Notes: generated by a model from the letters alone, not told the origin. A stretch of 64,000 nt of DNA from Candidatus Aenigmatarchaeota archaeon (GCA_016198685.1 JACQID010000004.1:192001-256000), one strand, 5' to 3'. Shown: positions 1 to 10,189, numbered from the stretch's first letter. Numbers and translations: made by a program.

Positions 1-7
1 GGAAATT

Positions 8-571
8 TTGAGGCTATTTGTGGTAGCAAACGAAAGCGAACTTCTAAGGAAGTTAAGATATGACCCAAAGTCTATGTTTAACATAGACCGCAATATGAGA
101 ATGACACCTGCAGAAACGCTTACTTCTGTGCTGATAGATGTTGGAATTGACGACCCGCAAGTCAGGGTATACATAAAATTAAAATTATACAAAGACTTAC
201 AAACCGACATAAAAGCGGTTACAATGTTTAATCAAATGAGATATGATAAAAAATACACACGACTTAAAAATGTCTTTCTGAAAGTAGTTGACGACATGAT
301 AGCCAATGGCATGCCAAAGGCGCCATTGCCTAAAGATGTGCAAAGGCATATACTCAACAAGCTTATTTGGACATATAATCTTTTGGAGTTGTCGGACGAT
401 AAGAAATTTGTTTACCTTACGCCTATAGGAACAAGTCTTTACCACCCTCTTGAATTACAGAAAAAATGGACGAAACCACTGAAAAGGTTTGACAAAGATG
501 CTTTTGATTCTGGTTTAAGAGCCGCCATTGAAAAGTATCTGCAAGAAATAGGAAAAAATAGTATAAATTGA
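8..571 (+). CDS. Hypothetical protein, probably 5'-truncated by the window edge
   Basis: 187-aa ORF whose frame stays open to position 2; no motif recognised. Confidence 0.6.
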   Translation: MRLFVVANESELLRKLRYDPKSMFNIDRNMRMTPAETLTSVLIDVGIDDPQVRVYIKLKLYKDLQTDIKAVTMFNQMRYDKKYTRLKNVFLKVVDDMIANGMPKAPLPKDVQRHILNKLIWTYNLLELSDDKKFVYLTPIGTSLYHPLELQKKWTKPLKRFDKDAFDSGLRAAIEKYLQEIGKNSIN

Positions 572-617
572 AGTGCGGCGCCCAGTCCGCCCTTTAGTAG
601 GAAAAATCCGTCACATT

Positions 618-1103
618 ATGACTATTCAAGAAGCTATCATAGACAGAAGGCGTAAAGTCCTGAGCCTTTATATGAATAGATTCACGGTTACCGAAATAGC
701 CCGCATACTCGGCTGGAACAGGGACACGATAACTGGCGACCTTAACTGGATTCGCCGGGAGCACGAAAACGTAGACCTGAAAGGCGAGAACCCTATTACC
801 GACTTTCTACTCAGGAACGCCGACCAGTATAAGCGAGCAGTGAAAGAATACAGGCATGCCGATAAGTCAATGGAACGCCTCCATGCCATCCGTATTATGA
901 AAGAGTTGGATAGGGAAAGAATAGAGACAATCAAAAGTATAGGGATAGAGCTAAAGGTACCACAAACATTGGAAACACTGCGAAAAGAGAGTTTAGCGGA
1001 AATAATACCTAAATTAATGGCAGATATACAAAAAGAGGAAGAGGAATGGCAACGAAAGAGGCAATCCGTCTTAGAAGGCAAAAGGTTCTCGCCCTGTCGC
1101 TGA
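618..1103 (+). CDS. HTH protein, terminase-small-subunit-like; paralogue 1 (ORF track start 573, likely ATG 618)
   Basis: N-terminal HTH RRRKVLSLYMNRFTVTEIARILGWNRDTITGDL followed by a helical region; aligns by eye with the next gene. Confidence 0.65.
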   Translation: MTIQEAIIDRRRKVLSLYMNRFTVTEIARILGWNRDTITGDLNWIRREHENVDLKGENPITDFLLRNADQYKRAVKEYRHADKSMERLHAIRIMKELDRERIETIKSIGIELKVPQTLETLRKESLAEIIPKLMADIQKEEEEWQRKRQSVLEGKRFSPCR

Positions 1104-1492
1104 ACAAGGTCAGCATAGACCAAATAGCCCAAAGGCTCGGCTGGGACAGGCATACCATCTGGAACGACATCGTGGCCACCCGTCGGGAATACGCCAAGAA
1201 GGAGCTGGAAGGCGAAGACCCTGTTACTGACTACCTAATGACGAATGCCGAGCTTTACAGAAAAGTGGCTAAGATAGAGAGGGAAGCCACGGACGACAAT
1301 GTAAGGCTCCGGGCCATAAGGGAGATGCGGGAGCTCCAGAAAGACCGCTTTGAGAAGCTGCTAATTACTGGCATAGTGGACAAGAAGAAACCTGAACTGC
1401 CAGCGAGGAAATATATAATTCAGTGGGAAACTGACCCGAAAGAGAAAATGAAGGAAATTGTAACTGATGCCGAGAAGAGAGGAGAGATATAG
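1046..1492 (+). CDS. HTH protein, terminase-small-subunit-like; paralogue 2
   Basis: RRQKVLALSLNKVSIDQIAQRLGWDRHTIWNDI; shares GE(N/D)P(I/V)TD(F/Y)L..NA..Y and RL.AIR.M.EL with paralogue 1. Confidence 0.7.
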   Translation: MATKEAIRLRRQKVLALSLNKVSIDQIAQRLGWDRHTIWNDIVATRREYAKKELEGEDPVTDYLMTNAELYRKVAKIEREATDDNVRLRAIREMRELQKDRFEKLLITGIVDKKKPELPARKYIIQWETDPKEKMKEIVTDAEKRGEI

Positions 1493-1552
1493 GCACTTTT
1501 CACTTTCTTGACGCTCTCTCAACACATAAAAAGCCTTTTTCCCAGTAATTTT

Positions 1553-2221
1553 ATGGCATTCCAACTCTCTCCTTCTTCTATCAACCTCATGTTTGAATGC
1601 GAAAAATGCTTCTGGCTCCAGATAGTCAAAAAGGTTAGGCGGCCTGCTGGCATATTTCCTTCTCTTCCATCCGGGATGGACAGGATTCTCAAGCAGCATT
1701 TTGACCGCTTCGCAGCCAAAGGCAAACTGCCGCCGGAACTGAGGGACAACGAGCATACAAAAGGCATTGCACTGTTCAGTGATATGGACGCCTTGAACGT
1801 ATGGCGGAATAACAGGAAAGGATTGACCTATACTGACTCTGGCACAGGCATCCTACTCAGAGGAGCAGTAGATAATATTCTGACGAAAGACGGCAAGCTT
1901 ATAGTTCTGGACTACAAAACCCGCGGCTATCCGTTGAAAGACGATACCCATGAACATTATGCCAGCCAGATGCATCTGTATAATTACCTGCTGAAGCAGA
2001 ACGGCCACGATACCGAGGATTTCGCCCTTCTGCTTTTCTATCATCCTAATACTGTAACAGAAGCAGGAGAAGTAATCTTTAACACAGATCTAATAAGAAT
2101 GTCATCAAACGCCCAAGAAGGCGAGAAAATCTTCCAGAAAGCGATAGGCGTCCTGCAAGGAGAGGAGCCGGACGCCTCAAATAACTGCGGATTTTGCGAG
2201 TTTCGGAGTAATGGCAACTGA
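1553..2221 (+). CDS. PD-(D/E)XK nuclease, Cas4/RecB-like (ORF track start 1508)
   Basis: LSPSSI..FECEKCFW, GAVD, VLDYKT, Q...Y and terminal CGFC. Confidence 0.85.
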   Translation: MAFQLSPSSINLMFECEKCFWLQIVKKVRRPAGIFPSLPSGMDRILKQHFDRFAAKGKLPPELRDNEHTKGIALFSDMDALNVWRNNRKGLTYTDSGTGILLRGAVDNILTKDGKLIVLDYKTRGYPLKDDTHEHYASQMHLYNYLLKQNGHDTEDFALLLFYHPNTVTEAGEVIFNTDLIRMSSNAQEGEKIFQKAIGVLQGEEPDASNNCGFCEFRSNGN

Positions 2222-2311
2222 TTAAACTTAAGACAAACCGTAATTATAGTGATTTAGATAGCAAGGCGAAAAAGTTAAAGGAAGTTTGTAGAGGCTATAG
2301 AAGAGTGAATA

Positions 2312-4330
2312 ATGAGGAGAGCAGAAGTGAATAATTTTCAGGAAAAAGTAACGTTTATTTGGGACTTGGCAGATTTACTGAGAGGAGTTTATAAAAGAAA
2401 CGAATATCAGAAGGTGATACTGCCTTTTACTGTATTAAAAAGATTCGATTGCGTTCTTGCCCATTCAAAAAAGACACTTCTCGAATCTTACAACAAATAT
2501 AAGAACCAGTTTGAAAACTTGGAGCATATTCTTCAGGATTCTGCCAAAGATAAAGACGGAAATCCTCTTGGCTTTTACAACTATTCAAAATACGATTTTA
2601 GAACGTTGCTAGAAGATCCAGAGCACATAGAACAGAATCTTTTGCACTATCTTGATTCTTTCAGCAAAAATGTTCAGGATATATTTGAGAACTTCTCCAT
2701 AAAAACCCATATAGCCAATTTAGCCAAGTCTGACTTACTGTTTATTTTAATCAAAAAGTTTTCAGACTCAAAAGTTGACTTGCATCCAGATATTGTTTCT
2801 AATCATGAGATGGGCATGATTTTTGAGGAACTGATACGAAAATTTGCAGAACAATCCAACGAAGAAGCAGGAGAACACTTTACGCCAAGAGACGTTGTTG
2901 AAGTGATGACTAAACTTATTTTTGTAGAGAATGGAGTTCATCTGAAGAATAAAGACATTATTAAGACAGTTTACGACCCAGCATGTGGAACAGGAGGTAT
3001 GCTGACAAGCTGCAAGGAGTTTATCAAAAAGCTGAATAATTCTGTTGAAATTGTTTTGTATGGGCAAGAAGTCAATCCAGAGATATACGCAATATGCAAG
3101 GCTGACATGCTAATGAAGGGCGAAAATGACGACAATATTAAAGGAGCTTACAGCACGCTTTCAAAGGACAAGTTCAGAGACATGAAATTTGATTTTATGA
3201 TTTCTAATCCTCCTTACGGTAGAAAATGGGAACAGGATGAAGCAGATGTAATCAAAGAAGCTGAAAGAGGCTTTGAAGGAAGATTTGGAGCAGGACTTCC
3301 ACGTATAAACGACGGGCAACTCCTCTTTTTACAACACATGGTTTCAAAAATGAAAGTCAAGGAAAAATCAAGAATCGCTATTATTACAAATGGCTCTCCT
3401 TTATTTACAGGCGATGCTGGTTCTGGGGAAAGCGACATCAGAAAGTGGATGATTGAAAATGATTATATTGCTCTTCCAGACCAGTTATTTTACAACACAG
3501 CAATAAAAACTTACATCTGGGTATTGACCAACAAGAAGCCAAAAGAAAGAATTGGTAAAATCCAGCTCGTAGATGCAACTTCGAGATTTAAGAAAATGCG
3601 TAAAAGCTTGGGCTTCAAAAGACATATTTTAGGGGAAGACGATATTAAAGAAATACTCCAGTTTTATGAAAAGTTTGAAGCTGGTAAACATGTCAAGATA
3701 TTCAATAATGAGGAATTTGGGTATACTAAAGTAATCATTGAAAGACCCACGCAGTTAAACTACCAAGTCAGTGATGAACGGCTTGAGGATATGTATTCTG
3801 TCAGTGCCTTTGTAAAGCTTGCCGAAAGCAAAAAAGAAAACCCAGAACTGAAACTAAAAGAAGAGGAAGAAGGCAAAAAGAAGCAGAAAGAAATAATAGA
3901 AGCTCTAAAGACAGTCGGCAATAAACTGTATAAAAATTTGGATGAATTTGAAGCGAAGGTAAAACAAGCATTACATATATTTGACTTGAAACCAAACTTT
4001 ATCAAGAGCATAATTTTGGCGTTGTCCGAACATGATGATACAGCAGAATATGTTCTGGACGTCAAAGGCAAAAGACAGCCTGATTCTAACCTACGGGACT
4101 CTGAAAAAATACCGTTGGGGCAAGATATAGAGAAATATTTTGTAAAAGAAGTCAAACCATATTACCCAGATGCATGGATGGACAGGAGCAAGGACAAAGT
4201 TGGCTATGAAATAAACTTCACACAGTATTTCTATAAGTATCAACCCCCAAGACCTCTTGAGGAGATAGAAAGAGACATAAAGAAAGTGATTAAAGAGATA
4301 CAGGAACTCATTAAGGAGGATGTTGAATGA
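2312..4330 (+). CDS. hsdM: Type I R-M methyltransferase subunit (m6A)
   Basis: GEHFTPRDV, YDPACGTGGML, YGQE, ISNPPYG. Confidence 0.96.
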   Translation: MRRAEVNNFQEKVTFIWDLADLLRGVYKRNEYQKVILPFTVLKRFDCVLAHSKKTLLESYNKYKNQFENLEHILQDSAKDKDGNPLGFYNYSKYDFRTLLEDPEHIEQNLLHYLDSFSKNVQDIFENFSIKTHIANLAKSDLLFILIKKFSDSKVDLHPDIVSNHEMGMIFEELIRKFAEQSNEEAGEHFTPRDVVEVMTKLIFVENGVHLKNKDIIKTVYDPACGTGGMLTSCKEFIKKLNNSVEIVLYGQEVNPEIYAICKADMLMKGENDDNIKGAYSTLSKDKFRDMKFDFMISNPPYGRKWEQDEADVIKEAERGFEGRFGAGLPRINDGQLLFLQHMVSKMKVKEKSRIAIITNGSPLFTGDAGSGESDIRKWMIENDYIALPDQLFYNTAIKTYIWVLTNKKPKERIGKIQLVDATSRFKKMRKSLGFKRHILGEDDIKEILQFYEKFEAGKHVKIFNNEEFGYTKVIIERPTQLNYQVSDERLEDMYSVSAFVKLAESKKENPELKLKEEEEGKKKQKEIIEALKTVGNKLYKNLDEFEAKVKQALHIFDLKPNFIKSIILALSEHDDTAEYVLDVKGKRQPDSNLRDSEKIPLGQDIEKYFVKEVKPYYPDAWMDRSKDKVGYEINFTQYFYKYQPPRPLEEIERDIKKVIKEIQELIKEDVE

Positions 4331-4426
4331 TGACAAAAAGACAAACTACCCATAGACAATTAACAAATTTAGCAAGAGGAAGGCAGATATTGTTTCAAAA
4401 TCAATTAAGACGGAGCGGAAAAGAAA

Positions 4427-5710
4427 ATGAAACTCAAAGCCTATTCTAAATATAAGAAATCTGGGATTCAGTGGATTGGCGATATACCTGAAGGCTGGTC
4501 ATTAGAAAGGTTTAAGCTTAGATTTAAAAGTAAAAAAGGAAAAATACCCGATAATCTCGATGTTACCAATGGCGAGGGTTACTTACCCTATTTAAGTATG
4601 GAATACTTAAGGGGCAAAGAAGAAAATGCTCAGTTTTCAAACGATCCTACTGCATTAAAAGTTGAAGACCATGATTTATTGTTATTATGGGACGGATCAA
4701 ATGCAGGGGAATTTATTTCTGCTAAAAAAGGGATCCTATCTTCTACAATGGTGAAACTTAACATACAAAGAATGAATACTCAATATTGCAAATATTTATG
4801 TTCAGGTTTTGAACCCATGCTAAGAGATTTAACTGTTGGAATGGGAATTCCTCATGTAAATGGTGATGTTTTGGGTAATATTCAAATCCCAATTATAGGT
4901 ATTGGAGAACAAAAAAAAGCAACTTCTTTTCTCGACTCCAAAACCTCACAAATCTCCAAAACAATCTCAGCCGACAAACAACTTATAGAGCTTCTCAAAG
5001 AAAAAAGAACTGCTTTAATCAATCACGTTGTAACGAAAGGCCTGAATCCTAAAGCAAAAATGAAAGATTCTGGGATTGAATGGATTGGAGAAGTGCCTGA
5101 AGGGTGGGAAGTTAAAAAAATTAAATTTATTGGAAATATTGTTTTAGGGAAAATGCTTACCGACAAAGAACATGATGGTCATATACAAAAACCATATCTA
5201 CGAGCACAAAATATTCTATGGGAGAAGGTTGATGTTTCTGATGTCAAAGAAATGTGGTTTTCATCTGGAGAGTTAAAAAGATTTAGATTGAAAAATAATG
5301 ATTTACTTGTATCGGAAGGTGGGGAAGCTGGAAGAACAGCTCTATGGAAAGGAGAAATAGATGAATGTTATATTCAAAATTCGGTGCAAAAAGTAACGTT
5401 AGATGAAGGATGTATTCCAAATTATTTTCTGTATTTATTTGAGTCTTATGGTAAAAGGGGCATTTTTGATTCAGTTGTGAGTAGGGTTAGCATAGCTCAT
5501 TTAACAAGAGAAAAACTAAAAGAGATAATTTGCACAGTCCCTCCAAAACAAGAACAAGCCCAAATAGCAAAATTTCTCGACAAAGCAACCTCAAAAATAG
5601 ACCAAACTATCCAGAAAATTGAGGCAAAAATAGAGCTTCTTGAGGAATTTAAAAAATCATTAATACATCATGTTGTTACAGGCAAGGTAGATGTAAGGTG
5701 TGAAATATGA
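4427..5710 (+). CDS. hsdS: Type I R-M specificity subunit
   Basis: Two target-recognition domains bounded by conserved repeats SGIQWIGDIPEGW / SGIEWIGEVPEGW and coiled-coil spacers; C-terminal SLIHHVVTGK. Confidence 0.95.
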   Translation: MKLKAYSKYKKSGIQWIGDIPEGWSLERFKLRFKSKKGKIPDNLDVTNGEGYLPYLSMEYLRGKEENAQFSNDPTALKVEDHDLLLLWDGSNAGEFISAKKGILSSTMVKLNIQRMNTQYCKYLCSGFEPMLRDLTVGMGIPHVNGDVLGNIQIPIIGIGEQKKATSFLDSKTSQISKTISADKQLIELLKEKRTALINHVVTKGLNPKAKMKDSGIEWIGEVPEGWEVKKIKFIGNIVLGKMLTDKEHDGHIQKPYLRAQNILWEKVDVSDVKEMWFSSGELKRFRLKNNDLLVSEGGEAGRTALWKGEIDECYIQNSVQKVTLDEGCIPNYFLYLFESYGKRGIFDSVVSRVSIAHLTREKLKEIICTVPPKQEQAQIAKFLDKATSKIDQTIQKIEAKIELLEEFKKSLIHHVVTGKVDVRCEI

Positions 5711-7245
5711 AAAAGAAATTAAAACAAGTCGCTGAACTAGAAAATCAGGAGCAAGAATCCGATTTTTCTGCCATTAGTTCTAAACTAGATATCAAAGAGC
5801 CGACTAAGAGAAAAATGAAAGATGTTCATAGAGATTTTAAAGAGGGCAATATAATTCTCCAACCAGAATTTCAAAGAGATTTTATATGGACAAAAAATAA
5901 GCAAGCGGAATTAATTAAATCTATATGGAGAGGGATTCCTTTACCGATGTTTTATTTTTCAGTAGAGCGTAATGGAAAATTCGAGGTAATTGATGGGCAA
6001 CAAAGATTAACTACTATATTTGGATACATTTCATCTCAACTGATAAAAGACAGAAGGATAAGGGATAAATTAATAAAAAAAATAAAAATTAAAGATGAAA
6101 ATAAAAATAATATTTCCAGAGATGATATAATAAAAAGAGTTCTAGAGGATACAAACATTTATTGCGTAGAAATTCCTGAAGTTGGTTTGAATACAAATGA
6201 TAAGTTTGAAATATTTAGATCGTTAAACCTTGGAGCCACTCCTCTTAAATTTCAAGAAATAAGAAATGCAATTTTTCAAAAAGAAATACCTCATCTTAAT
6301 AAATCATTAAAGAGCGGAGCACAAAAAATAGAAAGATTGACAGGTATGAAAAATTTTAGAATGACTTTTGAGGACCTTGTTTTACGATTTTATATCATAA
6401 ATGAGAAAGGATATGATAAAAGAGTATCTGACCAGCTTAAAAACAATGTTGAGCTAAAGAACATATTTACTGAAGAAAAAATTAAAACAATAAATTCTAA
6501 ATTTAATAGATTTATTAATTATATGAACAAAGTCTTTGGTAGAAAATCCTTTCAAACTTTATCTAAAATAAAAGAAAATAAACGGCTTCCAGATAATAAA
6601 TGGGAGAAACACGCTTTTTCCGCTAAGATTAATCAAGGTTTATTTCACTTGTTTTCATATTATATCCCTAAATATTCTAAGCATCGATTAAATAAAAAAA
6701 GTGATAAAAAGATTAGAGAAGAATTTGTAAAGTTATTAAAAAATTCAAGGTTCCTGAATTTAATAACTGGTTCTGGAACAGATTCTACAAAAAATATTAA
6801 AAAATCGTCATCTCTTTTTGAAAAGTTATTCTTAAATGTATGTTTCGGGGACTGGTACAAAATCGATAAAAGAAATATCCCAAGAGAGCTTAAAACGACC
6901 ATGATAGAAAATGTTCCATTTTGCTATCTGTGTTATGGTAAACTAAAAAGGATTGAACATATAGAAAATTTTTCTGATATTCATGGAGAACACATAAAAT
7001 CTTTCAAAGAAGGGAACAAATCAACTTACAGAAATATTCTCTTAGCCCATAAAAAATGCAACTCTGAAAAGTCTGCAAAACGCCTTGAGGATTACAGAAA
7101 ACAGGATAAATCAATCCTAAAAAGAAAGAAAAATAAACAAAATATTAAAGAATACATAAGGTGTTTAAAAGAATGGAATACATATTACCCACTACACGCC
7201 TACAAAAAATTAGTTAAATATGCTAAGCGAGATAAAAAACTGTGA
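5707..7245 (+). CDS. DUF262 (ParB/Srx-like) + HNH nuclease, GmrSD-like
   Basis: QPEFQRDFIW, PLP, VIDGQQRLTT, F..LN.G..L; C-terminal CYLC..HGEHIKSF..GNKS...NILLAHKKCN. Confidence 0.85.
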   Translation: MKKKLKQVAELENQEQESDFSAISSKLDIKEPTKRKMKDVHRDFKEGNIILQPEFQRDFIWTKNKQAELIKSIWRGIPLPMFYFSVERNGKFEVIDGQQRLTTIFGYISSQLIKDRRIRDKLIKKIKIKDENKNNISRDDIIKRVLEDTNIYCVEIPEVGLNTNDKFEIFRSLNLGATPLKFQEIRNAIFQKEIPHLNKSLKSGAQKIERLTGMKNFRMTFEDLVLRFYIINEKGYDKRVSDQLKNNVELKNIFTEEKIKTINSKFNRFINYMNKVFGRKSFQTLSKIKENKRLPDNKWEKHAFSAKINQGLFHLFSYYIPKYSKHRLNKKSDKKIREEFVKLLKNSRFLNLITGSGTDSTKNIKKSSSLFEKLFLNVCFGDWYKIDKRNIPRELKTTMIENVPFCYLCYGKLKRIEHIENFSDIHGEHIKSFKEGNKSTYRNILLAHKKCNSEKSAKRLEDYRKQDKSILKRKKNKQNIKEYIRCLKEWNTYYPLHAYKKLVKYAKRDKKL

Positions 7246-7251
7246 AGAAAA

Positions 7252-9837
7252 ATGACAACTGACACATCAGAAAAAGCATTTCAGAGGGATATTGTTGCTC
7301 ACTTGGTTAGTACTGGCTACCATGAAAGAAACACCCATAATTTTGATAAAACCGTTTGCCTCGACCCGGAATTGGTATTGAAATTCATTCAAGATACACA
7401 GGAAAAGGAATGGACAAAGTTCCAGAAAATCTATGGTGACAAAGCTGGGCAAAAGTTCTTTTATCGGCTTGTAACAGAAATTGAGAAAAAAGGCACTATA
7501 AATGTCCTAAGAGATGGGTTCAAGGATGTCGGGTGCTATTTCAAGCTTTTCTATCCAAAACCTAACAATAAGAAAAACCCTGATTTATTTGAGAAGTTTG
7601 GCAAAAATATCTTCTCGGTTGTTGATGAATTGGAATACGAAAAGAAAGAAAAAGGAAATAGGCTGGATTTGGTCATTTTCATAAACGGGCTTCCTATAAT
7701 CACAATAGAGCTTAAAGATACGTTCTCTCAGGGCGTGGAAATAGCAATAAAGCAGTATAAGGAGAATAGAGACCCAAAGGAAAAAATATTCCAAAATTGT
7801 TTTGTCCACTTCGCTATGAGCGATGAAAAGATATTCATGGCGGCAAAGCTGGAAGGCTGGAAAACGAGATTCCTGCCTTTCAATAAGGGCATTGAAAATC
7901 CGACAGTCCAAAACGACTACAAGACTTCCTACTTGTATAACGATATTTTACAGATAAATAAGCTGTCGAAGCTCATAGCCAATTTCATCTATGTGGAGAA
8001 AGATGGCGATGAAGACAAACCAATTTTCCCAAGATACCACCAGCTTGACTGTGTTAATAAACTTCTGGAGGATGCAAAACCAAGCAAAAACTATCTCATT
8101 GAACACAGTGCGGGAAGCGGGAAAACAAAAACTATCGCATGGCTCGCTCATGGATTGATAAACAAATTTGACCAGCAGGATGACAGAATCTATGATATGG
8201 TTATTGTCATTTCGGACAGAAGGGTTATAGATAAACAGTTACAGAATCAAGTCCAATCTATTGAAAAGGTCAAAGGAATTGTAGACGTAATTGATGAGAA
8301 AAAGACTTCGCAAGACCTTAAAGAAGCCCTGAAGACTGGAAGCAATATTGTAGTAACAACGTTGCAGAAGTTCCCTTACATACTGGAAGAAGTCAAGGAT
8401 TTGCCGAAAAGAAAATACGGGGTTATCATTGATGAAGCCCATTCATCCCAGTCAGGGACTTTGGCAAGAAAAATGAAGCAGATTTTGAGCACGAACAGTC
8501 TTGAAGAAGCCGAATCTATGGAAAGGGATATTGATGACGAGGTTGAGGATGAGATTCTTGAGGAAGTCGAATCATTCAGAAATTTAAAGAACATAAGTTT
8601 CTTCGTTTTTACGGCAACCCCAAAGAATAAAACTCTCGAAATGTTTGGAGTAAAAGATAATAGAGGAAAATATCACCCATTCCACACGTACTCAATGAAA
8701 CAGGCTATAGAAGAAGGGTTTATTCTCAATGTCCTTGATAATTATCTCACTTATGAGACATATTTTAAGCTTGTCAAGAAAATTGTAGACGACCCAGAAT
8801 ATGATGAAAAGAAAGCAAAAAGACTTCTAAGGAATTTTGTTGAAAAGCACCCCCATGCTATAATGAAAAAGACGGGGATTATGCTTGACCATTTCATGAA
8901 TTCTACAATCAATAAAATAGGGGGCAAAGCAAGGGCAATGGTAGTTACACGGTCAAGATTGCACGCCGTTCTTTACAAAAGGGCTTTTGACAAGGCAATA
9001 AAAGAGAACAATTTACCAATAAAAGCTTTGGTTGCTTTCACTGGCGTTGTAAAGCATGACGAGCAGGAATATACAGAAAGCTCGATGAATCAACTACCCC
9101 CAAAAAAGACTATTGAAAATGCCTTTGAGGAAGAACCCTATAGAATCCTGATAGTTGCAAATAAGTATCAGACTGGATTTGACCAGCCTCTTTTGCATAC
9201 TATGTATGTTGACAAGATGTTAAATGGAATTACGGCAGTTCAGACATTATGCAGAATCAACAGGATTCATCCTCATAAAAATGATACACTGATATTCGAT
9301 TTTGCGAATAAAACGGAAGTTATACAGAAGGCTTTCCAACCATACTATGGAGAAACTTACCTCAAGGAAGGTACAGACCATCATAAACTATACGAATTAC
9401 AAACAAAACTTCTCGATTATCAGGTTTTTGATGAGTCGGATGTCGATGCCTTTGTAAGGGCTTGGAAAAAAGAAGAATCACAGCCAAAATTGCACAATAT
9501 TTTAAGTCCTGTCGTTGAGGAATTTAAGAAAAAGGAGAAGAAAGGGCAAGTAGGATTCAAAAAAACTATGAAGAGGTATCAAAGTATATACGCATTCCTG
9601 TCTCAATTGATTCCGTTTTCTGATGTACGCCTTGAGAAGATATACATATTTAACAAATTCTTGACCAAAAAACTTCCTTCAATAAATAACCCTCTGCCTT
9701 ATACAGTTTTGGAAGATGTTGATATGGATTCCTATAAAATTGTCAGTAAAGGGAAGAAGGAATTCACGCTTCAGATTGAAGGTGAATTGACGCCCATATC
9801 CGCGGGAGCTGGGAATATGCTCCTAATGTCAACATGA
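7252..9837 (+). CDS. hsdR: Type I R-M restriction subunit, main part (frameshifted near the C-terminus)
   Basis: RLDLVIFINGLPIITIELKD nuclease motif, HSAGSGKT, IIDEAH, QTGFDQP. Confidence 0.93.
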   Translation: MTTDTSEKAFQRDIVAHLVSTGYHERNTHNFDKTVCLDPELVLKFIQDTQEKEWTKFQKIYGDKAGQKFFYRLVTEIEKKGTINVLRDGFKDVGCYFKLFYPKPNNKKNPDLFEKFGKNIFSVVDELEYEKKEKGNRLDLVIFINGLPIITIELKDTFSQGVEIAIKQYKENRDPKEKIFQNCFVHFAMSDEKIFMAAKLEGWKTRFLPFNKGIENPTVQNDYKTSYLYNDILQINKLSKLIANFIYVEKDGDEDKPIFPRYHQLDCVNKLLEDAKPSKNYLIEHSAGSGKTKTIAWLAHGLINKFDQQDDRIYDMVIVISDRRVIDKQLQNQVQSIEKVKGIVDVIDEKKTSQDLKEALKTGSNIVVTTLQKFPYILEEVKDLPKRKYGVIIDEAHSSQSGTLARKMKQILSTNSLEEAESMERDIDDEVEDEILEEVESFRNLKNISFFVFTATPKNKTLEMFGVKDNRGKYHPFHTYSMKQAIEEGFILNVLDNYLTYETYFKLVKKIVDDPEYDEKKAKRLLRNFVEKHPHAIMKKTGIMLDHFMNSTINKIGGKARAMVVTRSRLHAVLYKRAFDKAIKENNLPIKALVAFTGVVKHDEQEYTESSMNQLPPKKTIENAFEEEPYRILIVANKYQTGFDQPLLHTMYVDKMLNGITAVQTLCRINRIHPHKNDTLIFDFANKTEVIQKAFQPYYGETYLKEGTDHHKLYELQTKLLDYQVFDESDVDAFVRAWKKEESQPKLHNILSPVVEEFKKKEKKGQVGFKKTMKRYQSIYAFLSQLIPFSDVRLEKIYIFNKFLTKKLPSINNPLPYTVLEDVDMDSYKIVSKGKKEFTLQIEGELTPISAGAGNMLLMST

Positions 9838-10175
9838 AGTTGTCCAAGATTCTCAAAGACCTGAATGACGCATTCGGGACAGACTTTACAGAAGATGATA
9901 GAGTATTTTTGGGTAGGGTAAAGGATAATATGCTACAAAATGAGGATTTGCTCAATAAAATGGAGCACAACTCTAAGGAAAATGTAAAGGCAGTTTTTGA
10001 CAAATATTTCAATCAGGAAATGACAAAGCTACTAAATAGTAATTTGAAACTTTACAAAAGAATAGTAGAAAATGACAAATTGAAGACGAAGCTTAAATCA
10101 GACTTATTTAGTTTGGTTTATTTTGAATTTAATAAAAGAAAAAAGAAAACTCTCAGAGAGGAAGAAGTAAAATAA
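9834..10175 (+). pseudogene. hsdR: Detached HsdR C-terminal domain in a shifted frame
   Basis: KLSKILKDLNDAFGTDFTEDD matches the usual HsdR tail; overlaps the upstream stop in another frame. Confidence 0.7.
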
Positions 10176-10189
10176 TTTAGGTGTTTTTC

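Noticed and set aside
1553-2221. CRISPR-Cas locus suggested by the Cas4-like gene
   Set aside because: No cas1/cas2 and no repeat-spacer array seen anywhere in the window
9810-9840. Micro-inversion as the cause of the hsdR frameshift
   Set aside because: Flipping the ATG...CAT-bounded segment does not restore the frame or an HsdR-like sequence
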